Part shown: positions 19,330 to 30,235 of the stretch, one piece after another
Layout of the letters: each line of letters begins with the position of its first letter
How positions within the stretch are numbered: position 1 is the stretch's first letter
NCBI GenBank assembly: GCA_017936845.1
Contig: JAGBES010000025.1
Coordinates: forward strand, 1 to 63,736
Length of the DNA stretch: 63,736 nt
Reading direction: 5' to 3'
DNA from: Bacilli bacterium
Lineage (GTDB): Bacteria; Bacillota_I; Bacilli_A; RF39; UBA660
Translations under genes and position numbers: made by a program
The notes under the pieces: model-generated
What the model saw: the letters and a program-made list of their open reading frames with translations, nothing else
The model's database searches: none
Told to the model about the DNA's origin: nothing

Positions 19330-21834
19330 TTGGATACTATAATAAATAAGATACATAATTACGCTTTAGAAGAAATAATGGGAAAAAGATATGGAGATTA
19401 CGCTAAAACTATAATTCAAGATAGAGCACTTCCAGATGTAAGAGATGGGTTAAAACCTGTTCAAAGAAGAATATTATACGCAATGTTTAGAGATAGAAAT
19501 ACTTTTGATAAACCACATAAAAAATCAGCAACAGCAGTTGGAAATGTAATGGGTCATTATCATCCACATGGAGATTCATCAATATATGAAGCATTAATAA
19601 GAATGAGTCAATGGTGGAAGACTAATACACCATATATAGATGTTCATGGTAATAATGGATCAATGGATGGAGATGGACCAGCTGCTTATCGTTATACAGA
19701 AGCAAGATTATCTAAAATAAGTAATGAATTATTAAAAGATATAGATAAAGATACAGTAGAAATGGTGTGGAATTTTGATGATACACTAAAAGAACCAACT
19801 GTTTTACCCGCAAAATATCCTAATTTACTTGTAAATGGTGCAAATGGTATAAGTGCAGGATATGCAACTAATATTCCAACTCATAATTTAGGTGAAGTAG
19901 TAGATGCTACAATAAAAAGAATTGAATCTCCTAACTGTAGATTAGAAACAATACTTGAAATAGTAAAAGGACCAGATTTTCCAACAGGAGGAGTAGTAGA
20001 AGGAAAAAAAGGAATTATAGATGCATATACAACTGGACTTGGAAAAATAATAATAAAAAGTAAATATGAAATAATAAAAGAAAAAGGTAAAGAACAAATT
20101 GTAATTCATGAAATTCCTTTTGAAGTTAATAAAGCATTATTAGTAAAAAAAATAGATGATATAAGATTAGATAAAAAAGTAGACGGAATTCAGGAAGTAA
20201 GAGATGAATCAGACCAAAATGAACCAATGCGTATAGTAATAGATTTAAAAAAAGGTGCAGATAAAGAATTAATAATCAATTACCTATTAAAAAATACAGA
20301 AATGCAAGTTCCATATAGTTTTAATATGGTTGCTATTGTAAATAGAAAACCAATGACAATAGGTATACTTCCAATGTTAGATGCTTATATTGCTCATCAA
20401 AAAGATGTAATTTTAAGAAGAACTAATTTTGATTTAGCAACCGCAAAAAAAGAAGTACACATAGTAGAAGGTTTAATAAAAGCACTTAGCATATTAGATG
20501 AAGTAATAAAAACGATAAGACAAAGTAAAAATAAAAGTGATGCTAAAAATAACTTAGTAAAAGAATATCAGTTTACAGAAGTACAAGCAGAGGCTATAGT
20601 CATGTTACAATTATACAAATTAACAAATACTGATGTAACAGAACTAGAAGAAAGAAATAAAACTTTAAATTTAATCATAAAAGGTTTAGAAGCAATATTA
20701 AATGATGAAGAAAAACTAAAAAGTGTTATGAAAGAAGAACTTAGAAGAGTAAAAAAAGATTATGCAACAGAAAGAAAAACAGAAATAAAAGATGAAATAA
20801 CAGAAATAAAAATAGATACAACTAAAATGATACCTAAAGAAGATGTTATTGTTGTTGTAACAAGTGAAGGATATATAAAAAGAGTATCACTTAGAAGTTA
20901 TGATGAAAATATTGAAACAGGATTAAAAGAAGGAGATTATTTAATAGGTAAATATAAAATGTCGACTTTAGATACATTAATAATGTTTACAGATTTAGGA
21001 AATTATTTATATATACCAGTATATGAAATACCAGATTTAAAATGGAAAGAAATAGGTAAACATGTAAGTAATATAATATCTATTAAACCAGAAGAAAATA
21101 TTGTTTATAGTATGCCAGTTTATGATTTTGATATAGATAAAAATATAACAATGTTTACTTTAAATGGTATGATAAAAAGAAGCAAAATAAATGATTTTAA
21201 AGCAACAAGATATACTAAACCATTAACTGCAATCAAACTAAAAGAAAATGATAAATTAATTAGCGTTGTTGATAGTAATGATCCATATGTATTTATATCA
21301 ACAAATAATGGTTATGGACTTACATATGATGTAGAAGAGGTACCAATTACAGGGTTAAAAGCTAGTGGTGTAAAATCAATATCATTAAAAAATGATACTG
21401 TAGTAAGTGGTCATTTATATAGTGATGATTATGAATACCTAACGGTTATTACTAATAAAAATACAGGAAAAAGAATAAGATTAACTGAATTTGAAAAATC
21501 AACAAGGGGAAGAAAAGGTGTTCAAATAATAAAAGAAGTAAAAACTAATCCATATTATATTTTAAAAACATTTATTTTAGACTATAAAAATGAATTAGGA
21601 TTAAAAACAGGAACAGAAATAAATGAAATAAAATTAACAGAACTTCCTATAAGTGATAGATATAAAACAGGATCAACTATATCAAAAACAGATATAATAG
21701 ATGTATTTGATATAAAAAAAATAATATCAAAAGAAGACAATATAAAAATAGAAAAAGAAAACTTAAACTTAGATGAAGTTGATAAAAAAATATTAACAAT
21801 AGATGACTTTTTAGACGAAGTTGAAAAAAGTTAG
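19330..21834 (+). CDS. parC: DNA topoisomerase IV subunit A
   Basis: IIQDRALPDVRDGLKPVQRR, YHPHGDSS..RMSQWWK, RYTEARL; no GyrA box; TTG start after AGGTGA. Confidence 0.9.
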   Translation: MDTIINKIHNYALEEIMGKRYGDYAKTIIQDRALPDVRDGLKPVQRRILYAMFRDRNTFDKPHKKSATAVGNVMGHYHPHGDSSIYEALIRMSQWWKTNTPYIDVHGNNGSMDGDGPAAYRYTEARLSKISNELLKDIDKDTVEMVWNFDDTLKEPTVLPAKYPNLLVNGANGISAGYATNIPTHNLGEVVDATIKRIESPNCRLETILEIVKGPDFPTGGVVEGKKGIIDAYTTGLGKIIIKSKYEIIKEKGKEQIVIHEIPFEVNKALLVKKIDDIRLDKKVDGIQEVRDESDQNEPMRIVIDLKKGADKELIINYLLKNTEMQVPYSFNMVAIVNRKPMTIGILPMLDAYIAHQKDVILRRTNFDLATAKKEVHIVEGLIKALSILDEVIKTIRQSKNKSDAKNNLVKEYQFTEVQAEAIVMLQLYKLTNTDVTELEERNKTLNLIIKGLEAILNDEEKLKSVMKEELRRVKKDYATERKTEIKDEITEIKIDTTKMIPKEDVIVVVTSEGYIKRVSLRSYDENIETGLKEGDYLIGKYKMSTLDTLIMFTDLGNYLYIPVYEIPDLKWKEIGKHVSNIISIKPEENIVYSMPVYDFDIDKNITMFTLNGMIKRSKINDFKATRYTKPLTAIKLKENDKLISVVDSNDPYVFISTNNGYGLTYDVEEVPITGLKASGVKSISLKNDTVVSGHLYSDDYEYLTVITNKNTGKRIRLTEFEKSTRGRKGVQIIKEVKTNPYYILKTFILDYKNELGLKTGTEINEIKLTELPISDRYKTGSTISKTDIIDVFDIKKIISKEDNIKIEKENLNLDEVDKKILTIDDFLDEVEKS

Positions 21835-21886
21835 TTGTAAAAAATAATATAATTTAGTATAATTATACTGTTGAAAGGATGATATT

Positions 21887-22099
21887 ATGTTAGCAGACAT
21901 TTTATTAGTATTATTAGGTGTAGTAATAGGAGCAATTGTAGGTTTTTTGCTTGCAAGAACTTATATGAAAAAATATATGAAAAAAAATCCACCAATTAAT
22001 GAACAAATGGTTAAAGCAATGATGAGTGGAATGGGTAGAACACCAAGCCAAAAACAAGTAAATCAAGTTATGAAACAAATGACTAAATATATGGATTAA
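21887..22099 (+). CDS. yneF: YneF (UPF0154) family protein
   Basis: TM followed by KKNPPINEQMVKAMM..MGRTPSQKQVNQVM. Confidence 0.92.
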   Translation: MLADILLVLLGVVIGAIVGFLLARTYMKKYMKKNPPINEQMVKAMMSGMGRTPSQKQVNQVMKQMTKYMD

Positions 22100-22129
22100 A
22101 AAAAGCTTTAAATTTCTAAAGCTTTTTTG
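22099..22129. terminator. bidirectional terminator
   Basis: AAAAAAGCTTTA...TAAAGCTTTTT between convergent genes. Confidence 0.65.
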
Positions 22130-23726
22130 CATGCACTACTAAACGCATGCTAGAATCTTTGTAACAAGTAGATAATGTTAAAATATTACTATTACTTGTT
22201 ACATCAATATTGAAATTATAAATACTTCTACTTTTAATTTTATCTAAAAAGTTTTTATATTCTTCATCACTAGAAAAATTAGTATAAAGATAATCATTAG
22301 TATTTTTTATAGTATAAATAGAAAATATTTGCCATTTCATATTATTATTTTCTGTATTAAAAGTTATAATTTGATTAGTTTTATTAGTATACCAATTTTT
22401 ATTTAAAACTTTATAAAGAGAACCAAACATAACATAATAATTACCTGAATGACCATAAATAATAGTATTTTTATCTAAATTAATAGGATTGTTTCTATAA
22501 TCCATAAATATCCATCCATTAGGATTTTTAGTTTTATCAAAACTATAATTTAAATATTTTTCATTATTATCAGTTTTAACAACAGGATAACTTATTGTTG
22601 AATTATTAATACTTAACCATCCAACTGTATCACTATTAATTTTTTTTAAATCACTAATAGTTTTAGAATAATTTTTAAAATAAGCACTTTTCTCTTTAGG
22701 TTTTTCCGTTTTAATATCATCTTTTACTTCTTCTTTTTCTGTTAGACTAACTTCTTCATCAACAGTAAAATTATTAGTAACAATTTCATTTATTTTATCT
22801 TGTGTTTCTAAAGTTTTTTTATCATTTTGTTTTTTTAAATAGTATGACATTCCAGTTAGTAATATAGATATTATTATAATATTTAATAAAGTGTTTTTTA
22901 GAATGTTAATATTAAATTCCTTTATTATATTATTTTTGATATATTTATCTTCATATTTTATTTTAAGAGCAATATTATTCTTTTTAATAAATCTTTTATT
23001 ATTATTTTTAATTTTAGAAAAATTATTTAATATATTATTAATATTACAATCGTTTTCAATTATTTCTATTTTAATATTTTTCTTTTTATTTTTTTTAATT
23101 ATTTTTAATATTTCATTTATAACATTTTGATCAAAATATTTAAGATAAATATTTTTCAAATATTTATTTATTTTTAAAAATTGTTCAAAAGAATTTAAAT
23201 CTTTCTTTGTAAGATTTTTATCTATAATAATACTATTTTTATAATAAATATCAGAATAAGTGTTCATATTATTAATTCTAAATAAGTAACTATCATTACA
23301 ATATTTTTTTCTAGTTATAATTTTTAACTTTCTAGATAAATTTAATCTTTCAAAAGTTATTTCATTAATATCATAACAATCAATAATTTTAATATTTTTA
23401 TTATTTAAAATATAATTAAAATCATTAATATCTATTTTCTTCTTTTCATTGATAAATAAATAATTTAGTTCACCTATATTATTTATTAACTTAAAAACAT
23501 TAGTATTAATTTCAGCTTTATCTAAATAGACTTTATGTATATTTTTTTTTAAAATATTTGATTTTATAAAATTAAATATAAAATTATAATTTTCATTAAT
23601 AAAATCTTCACTAAGTGCTAATTCATTTAAATCTAACACATTAGTTTTAGATAATTCATCAATTTTATATTCATCATAATTATAAAAGCAAATATAATCA
23701 TCTTTAAACTTTATTAGTATTTTCAT
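22116..23726 (-). CDS. srtB: class B sortase with a long N-terminal extension
   Basis: INSDTVGWL, GWIFMDYRN, NTIIYGH, LTLSTC, RLVVHAK; TM near residue 280-298. Confidence 0.88.
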   Translation of the reverse strand: MKILIKFKDDYICFYNYDEYKIDELSKTNVLDLNELALSEDFINENYNFIFNFIKSNILKKNIHKVYLDKAEINTNVFKLINNIGELNYLFINEKKKIDINDFNYILNNKNIKIIDCYDINEITFERLNLSRKLKIITRKKYCNDSYLFRINNMNTYSDIYYKNSIIIDKNLTKKDLNSFEQFLKINKYLKNIYLKYFDQNVINEILKIIKKNKKKNIKIEIIENDCNINNILNNFSKIKNNNKRFIKKNNIALKIKYEDKYIKNNIIKEFNINILKNTLLNIIIISILLTGMSYYLKKQNDKKTLETQDKINEIVTNNFTVDEEVSLTEKEEVKDDIKTEKPKEKSAYFKNYSKTISDLKKINSDTVGWLSINNSTISYPVVKTDNNEKYLNYSFDKTKNPNGWIFMDYRNNPINLDKNTIIYGHSGNYYVMFGSLYKVLNKNWYTNKTNQIITFNTENNNMKWQIFSIYTIKNTNDYLYTNFSSDEEYKNFLDKIKSRSIYNFNIDVTSNSNILTLSTCYKDSSMRLVVHAKKL

Positions 23727-23868
23727 ATTAACACCCTATTATAATAATAACATATAAAATAAAAAAAATAAATGAAATGTTAGTGTAAAGTAATAAAAAT
23801 TATATAAATACAAATTGACAAAATAAGACAAATGAATTATACTTATACTGAAGATAGGAGAGTATAAT

Positions 23869-24789
23869 ATGAAAAAAATAACTTATTTATTAACAGCTAC
23901 TATATTTATGTTTTATGGAATTATTTCTACATTAGCATTTGATAATAGTATAGAATTATCAGAAAATATAAAATTTAATACATTTACAACAACAAGCAAT
24001 AATTATGTTAGTTTGTATAATGATTTAAAAAATGATAACACTAAAGTTTATTCGGAAAATATTGAAATTACTCAAGAACAATTTAATACAATAAAAGATA
24101 AAAAGAATGGTCTTAATAATTATGTAAAAGAACAAAGTAAAATAATAAAAGAAAAAGCATATGCTTTAGCAAAAGAAGCAGAACAAATAAATGCTATGAA
24201 TAAACCTGCAGGATATGAATCTATAGATGTTATCAAAATATTAGAAAATGATAACAGTGATAATACTATAACATCAGAACAATATGAATCTTTAAAACAA
24301 ACAGAATATGCAAAAGCATATTTAGCTTACTTACAACATAAAAAAGAATATAACCAATATGTGACAACATTTAATTCAAATGTAGAACAAAAAGAAAAAG
24401 AATTAAAAAGTGTTATTCCATCATTTGATAATACAAAGTGGGAACAACTTAAATTACTAGAAACTTCAGAATTAGCTAACAGATACACTTTAAATATGCC
24501 AAAAACAAGTTATGCTGTAGTATGGATAAAAGCAAGTTTAAATAATAATGATTACTATAATGTAGGAATTTATTGTGCAAAAGAAGCTGAGACTATAGAA
24601 GAACCTAAAATTCCAGAAGAACCTAAAACTCCAGAAGAACCTAAAACTCCAGAAGAACCTAAAACTCCAGAAAATCCTAAAAATCCAAAAACAGGAATAA
24701 AAGAATATAGTATTTATACTGTACTTATATCTTTAGTAGCTGCAAGTGGATACGTAGTTGCAAGAAAAATGAGAAAATTTAGTAAGTAA
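23869..24789 (+). CDS. cell-wall-anchored surface protein (NPKTG sorting signal)
   Basis: Signal peptide, PEEPKT repeats, NPKTG plus TM plus RKMRK tail. Confidence 0.88.
   Translation: MKKITYLLTATIFMFYGIISTLAFDNSIELSENIKFNTFTTTSNNYVSLYNDLKNDNTKVYSENIEITQEQFNTIKDKKNGLNNYVKEQSKIIKEKAYALAKEAEQINAMNKPAGYESIDVIKILENDNSDNTITSEQYESLKQTEYAKAYLAYLQHKKEYNQYVTTFNSNVEQKEKELKSVIPSFDNTKWEQLKLLETSELANRYTLNMPKTSYAVVWIKASLNNNDYYNVGIYCAKEAETIEEPKIPEEPKTPEEPKTPEEPKTPENPKNPKTGIKEYSIYTVLISLVAASGYVVARKMRKFSK
24598..24687 (+). repeat. 18-bp tandem repeat x5 (EEPKTP)
   Basis: GAAGAACCTAAAACTCCA units, three of them identical. Confidence 0.92.
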
Positions 24790-24876
24790 AAAAATCACTA
24801 TGTGATTTTTTTTTATAAATACTAGATTTTTTTTTGAATATTATTGATTTAATGGTATAATTAATATGGTGATGAT

Positions 24877-25605
24877 ATGTTTAACTATCAAGATATAAAA
24901 ATTAATTATATTAACTATGGAAAGAAAAATTCTGATTCATTAGTTTTTCTACATGGATGGGGTCAGAATATAGAAATGATGAAAATGTTAGCTGATCCAT
25001 TTGAAGATGATTTTAATATAGTAATAATTGATTTGCCAGGACATGGAAAAAGTGAAGAACCAAAAAGAGTATATACTCTTTATGATTATGTAGATTGTAT
25101 AAATGAATTGTTAAAAAGTTTAAAAATTAAAAATCCTATTTTAATTGGTCATTCTTTTGGTGGAAAATTATCACTATTATATGCATCAAAATATGATGTT
25201 AAAAAATTAGTTCTTCTAGCAAGTCCATATAAAAAAGAAATAAAAAAATTATCATTAAAAACAAAAATACTTAAGACGGCTAAAAAAATTCCAATATTAA
25301 ATAAATTTGAAGACTTTGCAAAAAAACATATAGGATCAACAGATTATAAAAATGCAAGCCCTATAATGAGACAAATATTAGTAGAACATGTTAATTTAGA
25401 TATAACAGAAGAGGTAAAAAAAATAAAATGTTCTACTCTTATTATTTGGGGAACAAATGATTTAGAAGTGCCAGTAGAAGAAGCGTATGAACTTGAAAAG
25501 CTAATTAAAGATTCAGGTGTTGTTATATATGAAGGATGTACACACTATGCATATTTAGAAAGACTTGGACAAACTATTAATGTTTTAAAAAGTTTTTTAA
25601 ATTAA
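24877..25605 (+). CDS. alpha/beta hydrolase
   Basis: FLHGWG, DLPGHG, GHSFGG nucleophile elbow, WG..D, H. Confidence 0.92.
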   Translation: MFNYQDIKINYINYGKKNSDSLVFLHGWGQNIEMMKMLADPFEDDFNIVIIDLPGHGKSEEPKRVYTLYDYVDCINELLKSLKIKNPILIGHSFGGKLSLLYASKYDVKKLVLLASPYKKEIKKLSLKTKILKTAKKIPILNKFEDFAKKHIGSTDYKNASPIMRQILVEHVNLDITEEVKKIKCSTLIIWGTNDLEVPVEEAYELEKLIKDSGVVIYEGCTHYAYLERLGQTINVLKSFLN

Positions 25606-25614
25606 GGAGGATTT

Positions 25615-27198
25615 ATGTTAATAAAATTTATAGTTTCAATAATACCAGTTATACCATATATATTTTTAAAATCAAAAAAATCATTACATATGTTACAACA
25701 AAATTGGTATAATGATGGGAATAGATATTTAAAATGGATAAATAATAATAAGAAAAAAGTTTTTAATAATATAGATATATTATTTATAGTATTCATTTTT
25801 GGACTTTTTATAAATAAATTATTATTAATGACTTTATTTATCATTTTTTACTGTGTTATTTCTTTATTATATTTAAAGAAAATAAAAAATGAAAAACAAG
25901 TAAAACCATTAGTATTTACTAAAAGAGTAAAAAGACTTGTTATAACAACTTATTTAATATATATACTATTAATATTAATATCATCATTAACATTTAATGA
26001 AGAATATTTAACATATTATTATTTAATATTTGGATTAGCTATATACTTAAATTATTTTGTTGTTTATCTTGCTAATATATTAAATAAACCAATAGAAAAA
26101 ATGATAAATAATAATTTTAAAAGAAAAGCAATTAAAAAGTTAAATAATATGAGTAATATGAAAGTTATAGGAATAACTGGAAGTTATGGAAAAACAAGTA
26201 GTAAAAATATATTAAACGATATATTAAATGTAAAATATAATTCATTTCCAACACCAAAGAATTTTAATACACCACTTGGATTAATAATAACCATAAATAA
26301 TTATTTAGATAAATTTAATGATCTTTTTATAGCTGAAATGGGAGCTTTTAAAAAAGGAGAAATAAAAGAGTTATGTGATTTAGTTCATCCAACATATGGA
26401 ATTTTAACAAAAATAGGTGTTGCTCATTTAGAAAGTTTTGGATCACAAGAAAATATTCAACAAGGAAAATTTGAGTTAATAGAATCCCTTCCAAGTGATG
26501 GAATAGGTATTTTAAACTTTGATGATCCATTACAAGTAAATTATAAATTAAAAAATAATTGTAAAATTGTAACAATAGGTATTGATAATAAAGATGTAGA
26601 TGTAAGAGCTACCGACATTAAGTTAACAAATTCAGGAACAACATTTAATGTTCTATTTAAAGGTGATAAAACTAAATACAAATTTGAAACGAAACTACTT
26701 GGGAAAGCTAATGTTTACAATATCTTAGCAGGAATTGCTTTAGGATATAATTTAAATATTAGTATTGAACAATTAATGATTGGTGTAAAAAAAGTAAAAC
26801 CAGTAGAACATAGATTAGAATTAAAGAAAATGGGGAATATTAATATAATAGATGATGCATATAATGCAAATCCTGATGGAACAAAAATGGCATTAGATGT
26901 ATTAAATAGTATGCCAGGTAAAAAAATAGTAATATCTTCAGGAATGATAGAACTTGGAAGTAAAGAATATGAACTTAATGAAGAATTAGGGGAATATATG
27001 AAAGATAGAGCTGATCAAGTAATATTATTAGGAAAAGAGTTAACTAAACCAATTTATGATGGGTTAATAAAAACAAAATTTAAAAAAGAAAATATCTTTG
27101 TATTAAATGATATAAAAGAAGCAATTGAATTAATAAAAAATGAAAAAGAAGACACATATGTTTTAATTCAAAGTGATCTTCCAGATATATTTAATTAG
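25615..27198 (+). CDS. murF: MurF-type Mur ligase with an N-terminal multi-TM region
   Basis: GITGSYGKTS, EMGA, HRLE, IIDDAYNANP, GMIELG. Confidence 0.88.
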   Translation: MLIKFIVSIIPVIPYIFLKSKKSLHMLQQNWYNDGNRYLKWINNNKKKVFNNIDILFIVFIFGLFINKLLLMTLFIIFYCVISLLYLKKIKNEKQVKPLVFTKRVKRLVITTYLIYILLILISSLTFNEEYLTYYYLIFGLAIYLNYFVVYLANILNKPIEKMINNNFKRKAIKKLNNMSNMKVIGITGSYGKTSSKNILNDILNVKYNSFPTPKNFNTPLGLIITINNYLDKFNDLFIAEMGAFKKGEIKELCDLVHPTYGILTKIGVAHLESFGSQENIQQGKFELIESLPSDGIGILNFDDPLQVNYKLKNNCKIVTIGIDNKDVDVRATDIKLTNSGTTFNVLFKGDKTKYKFETKLLGKANVYNILAGIALGYNLNISIEQLMIGVKKVKPVEHRLELKKMGNINIIDDAYNANPDGTKMALDVLNSMPGKKIVISSGMIELGSKEYELNEELGEYMKDRADQVILLGKELTKPIYDGLIKTKFKKENIFVLNDIKEAIELIKNEKEDTYVLIQSDLPDIFN

Positions 27199-27217
27199 TA
27201 GTAGAAAGAGTGATAAT

Positions 27218-28411
27218 ATGAAAATAAAAGTTGGAGTAATATTTGGAGGTAATTCAGTAGAACATGAAGTAAGTATTATAACTGCTGTTCAAGCAATGAG
27301 TTTTATGGACACTGAAAAATATGATATAATTCCTATTTACATAACAAAAGATAGACAGTGGTATACAGGAAAAATGTTATTAGAAATGGATGTATATAAA
27401 GATTTTGATTCATTAAAAAAATATGCAAAACAAGTATGCTTAACAAATATAAATGGAGAATTTTGTTTACAAAATACAAAAGGATTATTTAGAAAAACAA
27501 TAGAAAAAATAGATATAGCATTTCCAATTGTACATGGAAAAGGTGTAGAAGATGGATCTTTAGAAGGGTATTTAGAAAGTATAGGTATACCAACAGTTGG
27601 TCCATCAATATTAGGTGCTGCTTTAGGACAAGATAAAATTGTTATGAAGCAAGTGCTTGATAGCTATAAAATAGCAAACCCAGAATATACTTGGTTTTAT
27701 GATTTTGAATATTTAGAAAATAAAGAAGAAATAACAAAAAGAATCGAAAAATTAAAATATCCTGTTATTGTAAAACCTGCAAGATTAGGAAGTAGTGTAG
27801 GAATTAAAATAGCAAAAGATAAACAATCATTAGATATAGCTATAGAAGAAGCTATAAAATATGATTCAAAAATATTAGTAGAAAAAGTAATAGAAGATTT
27901 AAAAGAAGTAAACTGTGCAGTACTTGGAAATTCTGAATATCAAGAAACTAGTTTAATAGCTTTAATGAAAACAAAAAATGATTTTTTAACTTATGAAGAT
28001 AAATATTTAAGTGGTGGTAAAAAGAAAACTGGTTTAAAAGGGTTAAAATCAGGAAATATGTCAACAAGCGAATTTGATATACCGGCTAAAATTGATAAAG
28101 ACTTAGAAGAAGAAATAAAAGATTTAGCTAAGAAAACATTTAAAGCATTAGATTTAAGTGGTGTAGCACGTATTGACTTTTTAATAGATAACAAAAATAA
28201 AAAGGTATATGTAAATGAACCAAATACAATACCAGGAAGTTTATCATTCTATCTATTTAAACCAGCTGGAAAAGATTATAAAACATTACTAGATGAGATG
28301 ATAACAACAGCAATAAAAAAATATAAAGAAGAAAGTAAAAAAGTTTCATCATTTGAATCAAATATACTAAGTACATATAATGGTTCAAAAGGTATGAAAG
28401 GAAAAATATAG
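27218..28411 (+). CDS. ddl: D-alanine--D-alanine ligase
   Basis: FGGNSVEHEVS, HGKGVEDG, GSSVGI, RIDF, NEPNTIPG. Confidence 0.95.
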   Translation: MKIKVGVIFGGNSVEHEVSIITAVQAMSFMDTEKYDIIPIYITKDRQWYTGKMLLEMDVYKDFDSLKKYAKQVCLTNINGEFCLQNTKGLFRKTIEKIDIAFPIVHGKGVEDGSLEGYLESIGIPTVGPSILGAALGQDKIVMKQVLDSYKIANPEYTWFYDFEYLENKEEITKRIEKLKYPVIVKPARLGSSVGIKIAKDKQSLDIAIEEAIKYDSKILVEKVIEDLKEVNCAVLGNSEYQETSLIALMKTKNDFLTYEDKYLSGGKKKTGLKGLKSGNMSTSEFDIPAKIDKDLEEEIKDLAKKTFKALDLSGVARIDFLIDNKNKKVYVNEPNTIPGSLSFYLFKPAGKDYKTLLDEMITTAIKKYKEESKKVSSFESNILSTYNGSKGMKGKI

Positions 28412-28480
28412 TTTTTAAACTATATTTTATTTTGATAAAAATAAAAATTATGATATAATACATTTTATTCGGGTGATATT

Positions 28481-29230
28481 ATGAATAAAAGTTATATGTA
28501 TGCTAATGGAAATATACATGTTTTTGATGAAAAATACAATAAAAAAGTTATAGAATACACAGATAATTTTTTAAATAAATTAATAATTCAAAATAATTTA
28601 GAATCAATAGAAAGTACAATGATAACAAACAATGAAACAATAGAAAATTTAATTGATTATAGTTTTCAACTTTTAAAAGAGAGAACAATTGATATTCTCT
28701 TTATAACTATGGGTGGAGCATTTTCTGGTTTTTTTCTAAAAATATTTTGTAATTTAACAATAGAAAATTTACCAATTGTAATTGCAATTTTAGGATTAAT
28801 ACTTGGAATAGTAATAACAAATGATAAAACTAGAATATTAAAAAATATAAATTTAGAAATAGAAGGTTATCAAAGATTAAGAGAAATATTAAATTTTGAA
28901 TATAATAAAAATAAAAAAGAATTAAATTTTTTAGAGTGGGATAAACAAAAAGAGAAAGAAGATTATTATAAACAAGATGGTATAAGATTTGAAACATTTG
29001 AAATAGATGATTTAAAAGAACAAAAAAGATTACAAGCATTAATAAATGCCTCATTTCTTTATGAAATAAATAAAGAATATTATAAAAATCTTTATTTAAG
29101 AGGAATTTTAAATGAAGAAATAGTAGATTTATTACCATTAGAAATAGAAATTATTAAAGAATTTATAAAAAAAGATATAGAATTAGAAGAAACAAAGAAA
29201 TGTTTAAATAAGATTAAGATTAAATATTAA
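28481..29230 (+). CDS. hypothetical two-TM protein with a basic C-terminal tail
   Basis: Own TTGATA..TATAAT promoter; central TM hairpin; ends LNKIKIKY. Confidence 0.75.
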   Translation: MNKSYMYANGNIHVFDEKYNKKVIEYTDNFLNKLIIQNNLESIESTMITNNETIENLIDYSFQLLKERTIDILFITMGGAFSGFFLKIFCNLTIENLPIVIAILGLILGIVITNDKTRILKNINLEIEGYQRLREILNFEYNKNKKELNFLEWDKQKEKEDYYKQDGIRFETFEIDDLKEQKRLQALINASFLYEINKEYYKNLYLRGILNEEIVDLLPLEIEIIKEFIKKDIELEETKKCLNKIKIKY

Positions 29231-29252
29231 AAATATCAAAAGGAGTTATAAA

Positions 29253-29717
29253 ATGATAAAATTAATCAAATTTGATGTTACTAAAGTAGAACACATAACT
29301 TTAAAAGATAAAATAAATGATGATTTATCTATAAAAAACAATGTTTTAACACTTGGATATATAGATAATAATGCATATGTTATAAATATAGATAATCTAA
29401 ATATAGGGTTAATAAAAATAAACGAAGAACAAAAAGATAGCTATTCAATAGATATGGGAATATTAAAAGAATATCAAAACAAACATTATGGAACAAAATC
29501 ATTAATAGAAACATTAAAAATAATAGAAAAAAATAATTGGAATAAAATAATATTAAGAACATCAAGTAGCAATGAAAAAGCTATAAAAAGTGCTTTCAAT
29601 GCAAATTTTTATTTTGATATAGATGAAGTAGAAAAATGTATTGATGAAGGTAATGATTATATAGTATTATCTAGAACAAACCCTAATTATAAAAATAAGG
29701 TAAAAATAAAAACATAA
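29253..29717 (+). CDS. GNAT family N-acetyltransferase
   Basis: EYQNKHYG motif A, N..AIK....NF motif B; ends NKVKIKT. Confidence 0.75.
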   Translation: MIKLIKFDVTKVEHITLKDKINDDLSIKNNVLTLGYIDNNAYVINIDNLNIGLIKINEEQKDSYSIDMGILKEYQNKHYGTKSLIETLKIIEKNNWNKIILRTSSSNEKAIKSAFNANFYFDIDEVEKCIDEGNDYIVLSRTNPNYKNKVKIKT

Positions 29718-29761
29718 TTTATGTTTTTTATTTTGTATGTTATAATAATTAAGGTGATAAA

Positions 29762-30235
29762 ATGAAAAAAATTACAATAGTTAGTATTATAACAATATTA
29801 ATAGACCAAATAATAAAATATTTAATTATAACTAATTTAAAATTTACAGATAGTATAAATGTTATAAAAAATTTCTTTAGAATAACATATTTACAAAATA
29901 CAGGAGCAGCTTGGAGTATTTTATCAGGAAATATAATATTATTAATATTAATAACATTAATTGCTTTAGTATTTATATTTATGATATTAAAAAAGAAAAA
30001 AGAATATTTAAAAATAGAATATCTATGCTATGGATTATTAATAGGAGGAATAATAGGTAATCTAATTGATAGAATAAGATATGGTTTTGTAATAGATTAT
30101 TTAGATTTCAATTTTGGTGAGTTTAATTATCCTGTATTCAATTTGGCGGACATTTGTATTGTAGTAAGTGCTATAATACTAATTATAATAAGTATGAAGG
30201 AAGATAAAAATGGAAATAAAAGTAGAAGAAAGTAA
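29762..30235 (+). CDS. lspA: lipoprotein signal peptidase II
   Basis: DQIIK, NTGAAW, GNLIDR, VIDY, FNLAD. Confidence 0.96.
   Translation: MKKITIVSIITILIDQIIKYLIITNLKFTDSINVIKNFFRITYLQNTGAAWSILSGNIILLILITLIALVFIFMILKKKKEYLKIEYLCYGLLIGGIIGNLIDRIRYGFVIDYLDFNFGEFNYPVFNLADICIVVSAIILIIISMKEDKNGNKSRRK

Noticed and set aside
19555-19590. Quinolone-resistance substitution in ParC
   Set aside because: The QRDR reads HPHGDSSIYE, with the wild-type Ser and Glu.
24598-24687. 18-bp tandem repeat as CRISPR or iterons
   Set aside because: It is an in-frame coding repeat of a Pro-rich wall-spanning stalk, with no spacers.
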